Below are positions 59,689-64,000 of a stretch of 64,000 nucleotides of DNA, piece after piece. Origin of the DNA: Gordius albopunctatus (Eukaryota); assembly GCA_964276515.1 (NCBI GenBank), contig OZ193909.1, positions 7,006,001 through 7,070,000 of the forward strand, read 5' to 3'. A program made the position numbers and the translations under genes. Numbering within the stretch: the first letter of the stretch is position 1; each line of letters begins with the position of its first letter. The notes beneath the pieces were generated by a model. It was not told the DNA's origin. It ran no database searches and was given only the letters and a program-made list of their open reading frames with translations.

Positions 59689-60374
59689 TCGAATAAATTT
59701 AGATCTGGGAGACAAGTGCTGTCACGCTTAACGAGGAAATTTGTGATATAAGTGAATTCTACAATAAACGAGAGTGTGGTGAATTTTTGTTTAAATAGAC
59801 AACTAAATATAAATTAATAAGCGTGGTCGTTCATAGTTATTTTAAAGTTTTTAACAGTTGTAAGACTAATGGCTTTTACAAAACTTTGTGGTTTCGTTGT
59901 TTTTCAAGGCGGCAGGCCAAAAATATTTTACGACAGTGGGTAGAGAGGAAAAATCAATCACACGCCTCCTGATATACAGATTTCCCTCGTGCGCGCTCAT
60001 GATTGATTTAATCGTGAATTTAATAGGAAACCGTAATATAAGTATATGTTCATGCGAATAAAAGTTTTAAGGGCACTTTTTGGGGCTATCGAATTTATCG
60101 AACCATGCATGTGAAGTCCAAAATTGAATTATATAAATGTGTTTTGGTATATAATATACTAAAGTTTATCGTAATAATGTTAATAAATATAGTAGCAAGG
60201 TTTGCAGAAAGTTTGTCTACAATATATTAAATACAATATTGCGTTGTTACATTCTTAACCCTAAAAAAGGATTTGTGATTGAGTTAGCAGCAGAAATTTC
60301 CTGAACAAGTTTAATATATTTAGAGGTTTTCTATCTCGAAACATTGGTTTAAATGTATCCACTAGTGGTACAAA

Positions 60375-60539
60375 CATGGGTGTAGCCAGCTTTGAAATTA
60401 GAGGGGGGCAAAAACGATTTAGGGAGGAGCAAAATGATAATTTTTTGAAATTTTAGCCATAAATTTAATAAATTTCAACAAATTTTGGGATTTAGAGGGG
60501 GGCAGCCGCCGCTCCCTTCCCCCCATGACTACTCCCATG
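60375..60539. mobile_element. hAT-type MITE, CATGGGCGTAGCCAG family, upstream of WDFY3
   Basis: TIRs; TSD GGTACAAA/GGTGCAAA. Confidence 0.88.
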
Positions 60540-61125
60540 GGTGCAAAAAATGACAAGAGGGTTTAGACTCGTGTGTGACTGAAATTTGATCAGCCTTTGA
60601 ATTAATTCAAAGTTTCAATTAAGCCAACAGTCGCCCAAACAAATCCAAGGTTTCTAAAAACACTAATATACACCAAAGTGTGCGGGAGGAGTTAGGGTTA
60701 AAAGTACTTGTTGAATGTGTTTTACCAAATTTGATTTATTTGATGATCAAATACGCCAAAACGAGTGACCAAGCTAAATAACAACTATATTTATAAAAAT
60801 GAGGCCCATTTTTGATTCTTAGTCAGTTAATCAAGCTCGCTACTTAAAATTCTGCGTCGGGTTAATTTTAATTAGGTCACGGCACTAAACAATTTATAAA
60901 GTTTAGAATGGCAAAAATTACGATGATTCAAACGCTTCTAATTCGCTATTATAGGTGCATTTATCCCAATTAAAGGCGCATATAATTTTATATCGCTCAT
61001 AATTTAATCAATCAATGTTAAATTCAGGTCTTTCGTTCGTTTGAAAAATCAATTATACACGCTCGTATGGGCCTAGCTTGGGATCGTAAATAACTAGGCA
61101 ATAATGCTTTAGGAAGGGGCATAAT

Positions 61126-61291
61126 CATGGCCGTAGCCAGTATCGGGATAAGGGGGGGGGGACAATAATGATTTAGGGAGGGGCATGATTATGAAATTTT
61201 ATCCACAATTCTCATAATTTTCAACACAATTTTGGATTTAGAGAGGGGGGCAGCCGCCCCTCCCTGCCCCCCCCCCCTGGCTACGCCCATT
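61126..61291. mobile_element. hAT-type MITE, CATGGGCGTAGCCAG family, nested in an older copy
   Basis: TIRs; TSD GGCATAAT/AGCAAAAT; both flanks continue the family consensus. Confidence 0.8.
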
Positions 61292-62585
61292 AGCAAAATG
61301 ACTATTTCTCGAGATTTAAGCTATTATAATTACAAAAAATTTTAGGGATTTTTAGATTGACTCCTGATTCTGTGAATACACGCCTCCATAATTTATATGT
61401 TATAATGCATGTTCCATTATAATAAGTCAATCGCCATAACCAGTACCGTTATTTAAACCCTAAATCGGCAATATATCGATTTATCGAAGAGAGGGAAGGA
61501 GCTTAAGGGGAGGGGCGAGAAGATTACAGTAGACTAGGCTAAAGCTGATAATTGCGAAAGCATATTAACACGGCCACGCAATGACCCAAGCAATGCACTT
61601 TTGTTGACAAAATGATAAACAGCTGTGAGCAAAAAATTTTAAAAATGGAAGGAACGGCACTCGAATTGAAGCTTAAAAATTTGCAAAAGTCATATGCGAT
61701 TGCAGGTTTTAGCAAAAAAACACATCTATATCAGAGACCAGAAAAGCCCGACTAGCTGCTTAGATTTTAGGGCGGGCCAGGGTGGGCACCATCACAAGAT
61801 TCGAGCAATGAGGCCAAATAAGATTGTGTAATAATAGTGTATATTATTATTATATTTTCGTATATTACCTTGTTACTTTTTGGACTGTTCAACATTTATT
61901 AATCGTAGATATTATCAAAACAAAATCGAGAATTTAATTTCAAATTTTTACAAGTATATAACAAAATTAGCAGATAAAATTTAAAAATTATTATGGACCG
62001 GAAATTCGGGAAGCTCCTATGATTCGGAGTATGCCGATCGGACACATAAAAAGGGTCAAACGGGCCCGGGCGGGCAATTCAACCAAAAAATTGGACCGGA
62101 CCGGATTTGGACAGAAAGATTTAAACAAATCTAACCTCTGATATGTATTGGGTGGGTAGGGGGGGGGGGGGTATTCGGCCTAAAAACGCCGATTTTGTAA
62201 AACAATTTTTCGATTAATTCAAAACTCTCGTTTAAATTGCAGCTGAAGTGCCCACGTTATATTAGGGTTATTCATGCCATTTCAAAATGTTTCAAATTTA
62301 ATTTTAGTATTCAAGCTGTAAATCGTTTCTTAGTTTCGCACGTTAAAGATTTTACCCGAATATGAAGGAAGCTTCTTAAAAACTAGGGTAACAGAATTTT
62401 TAAATAAATTTATGCAAGAGGATCCTGGCTCTTCTTTCATAGATCTTCTTGCATAAGTCGTCCAACTATGAGTGATCCCGCTCAGGTGTGCAACACTAAG
62501 CAATCATCTATTTTCTATTTGGGACGATGATGAAACGGAAAAGATAGATATATCTTAAATTAAATCTCCTCAAGATGCTCAGCTA

Positions 62586-62765
62586 GATGTTATTTTATGA
62601 TGGAAAGAACACCAACTTATGCTACCAAACTTAACAAAATTAGCTAGTCAGTTTTTGTCAATTCCAGCCAACAGTGCTACGAGTGAAAGCACATTCAGTA
62701 ATGCAAGTCGCCTTATAAAACAGAGTAGAACGAAATTATTGCCTGATACTATACATATTTTGGTA
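62586..62765 (+). pseudogene. hAT transposase C-terminal dimerisation domain remnant
   Basis: DVIL*WKEHQLMLPNLTKLASQFLSIPANSATSESTFSNASRLIKQSRTKLLPDTIHILV matches the hATC pattern W....P.L..LA...L.IPA.S..SE..FS; contains an in-frame stop. Confidence 0.85.
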
Positions 62766-63175
62766 AATAAGTTGAAAAATTTCTTATAAACTGGCAATTA
62801 TTGAAAATTTTCACACGGGCAACGTTGGATCAAAATTTATTTTGGAGCAAAAACTATTTGCAAATGCGTCTTCAAAATTTTAAAGGTGTTCAGCAATGCT
62901 AAAAACAACTATATTAACTTAAAGTTGGGTGTTCTATGAAGAAGCGTTATTGATTATCGCAGTACTGTGGTCGGAGAGCCATGGCGTTACTGCTTGTCAA
63001 AATGATAAAACGATTAGTTCATCAATCTAAAGTTTAGAGAAGTACATGTAATTGTAACCCACAAATCAATAAAACGATTAAACCCTAATTTAATTTGACG
63101 TGTTCCCCCCCCCTGTTCCCAACCAATTAGGCTTCGGAATCAAGGGAGGCTGCGAAGGCGTTCTTTTATTTTTTG

Positions 63176-63612
63176 GTGAACTTTGAACGTGAACGCGTTC
63201 CTTTTTTTGATGAACGCGTTCGAATTTAACGTTCGTTCAATTTTAAAATCCCTTTTTTATTTTTATTTATTTGAAAATTAATGTTTATCCGAATTTTTAA
63301 CAAAAAAGTCTTATATTTTTTAATCAGCTGTTTTTCCTGTTTCCTATTACCAATTCTGAAATACTTTTAACATACTATGACGTTCAAAAGAAGATAAGAT
63401 TAAAGTTAATTAATTTGATATTATTAATTATAGTTTAATTTATAGGTTAATATGGACAATCATAATATTATATCGTCGTTATCTTCAGATTCTGAATATT
63501 CAAAATCAGCAGATGAATTGAAATTGCTATGACCAAAATATGAAAAATATTTTTCACTCGTTCCATATAAAGGATCGAATTCAATAATTACCAAATGTAA
63601 AATGTGTGTCCA
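63176..63612 (+). mobile_element. Probable 5' remnant of a hAT/BED element
   Basis: Clustered TGAACG/CGTTC motifs at 63176-63240; *PKYEKYFSLVPYKGSNSIITKCKMC at about 63530-63607 resembles a BED finger start. Confidence 0.45.
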
Positions 63613-63790
63613 AAATGTATTATCTCTGTATATAGGTGGCCTTGGATTAAACTTCGAGAAAATGAACCTTTAAAGAATAAACTTTTAGTGTTATTGAAAA
63701 AGGGGATTAAAGCCCCTAGAATTGATAACGAAAGAGCTGTCAATTCCGAGATATCATATTTTTGACGAGGAAGTAGAGGGCGGATTGTAG

Positions 63791-64000
63791 GATGATATCT
63801 TGTCGCAATTTTTTGAAGCGAGGAACTCCTTTCTACTGTTTGGGGACAAGATAATACACTCCTCTAGTGGGATACAGCAAGGCGATCCCCTAGGCCCAGC
63901 GCTTTTCTGCCAAGCTACACAGGGGATCATCCAGAAACTGTCTGCCACAGGAAGCTTTTCTTGCAACCTATGGTACATGGACTACAATTTTTGGTGGGCC
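63791..64000 (+). mobile_element. Reverse transcriptase fragment of a CRE-like non-LTR retrotransposon, runs off the window
   Basis: SFLLFGDKIIHSSSGIQQGDPLGPALFCQATQGIIQKL...CNLWYMDY; QQGDPLGP.LF and N.WY.DD are CRE-type motifs; catalytic DD reads DY. Confidence 0.75.

Noticed and set aside
59689..59715. ORF-track start MSPRSKFIR for WDFY3
   Set aside because: It is a TTG start from a prokaryote-style ORF caller; the first in-frame ATG is at 59688.

Overview
AT-rich, intron-rich eukaryotic (invertebrate animal-like) genomic DNA; the species cannot be determined from the sequence. Most of the window is one complete minus-strand gene, WDFY3/Alfy (Drosophila blue cheese orthologue; PH-BEACH, WD40 and C-terminal FYVE domains). 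I traced it by hand as about 64 GT-AG exons with consistent phases, from ATG 59688 to TAG 11604 (about 11.6 kb CDS, about 3,875 aa). Introns and flanks are packed with transposons: a defective Ty3/Gypsy element inserted in a Helitron, a full-length but frameshifted RTE-clade LINE with a 15-bp TSD, several hAT-type MITE families with 8-bp TSDs, a 3-kb foldback element, Helitron/Helentron-like elements, and hAT-transposase and CRE-clade RT remnants. Best findings: (1) a twister self-cleaving ribozyme with two compensatory base-pair changes whose cleavage site coincides with the RTE 5' end, so host target DNA must supply the 5' strand of P1; (2) a 112-bp, 97%-identical inverted copy of a WDFY3 BEACH exon in a nearby intron, predicted to form an exon:intron duplex in the pre-mRNA.
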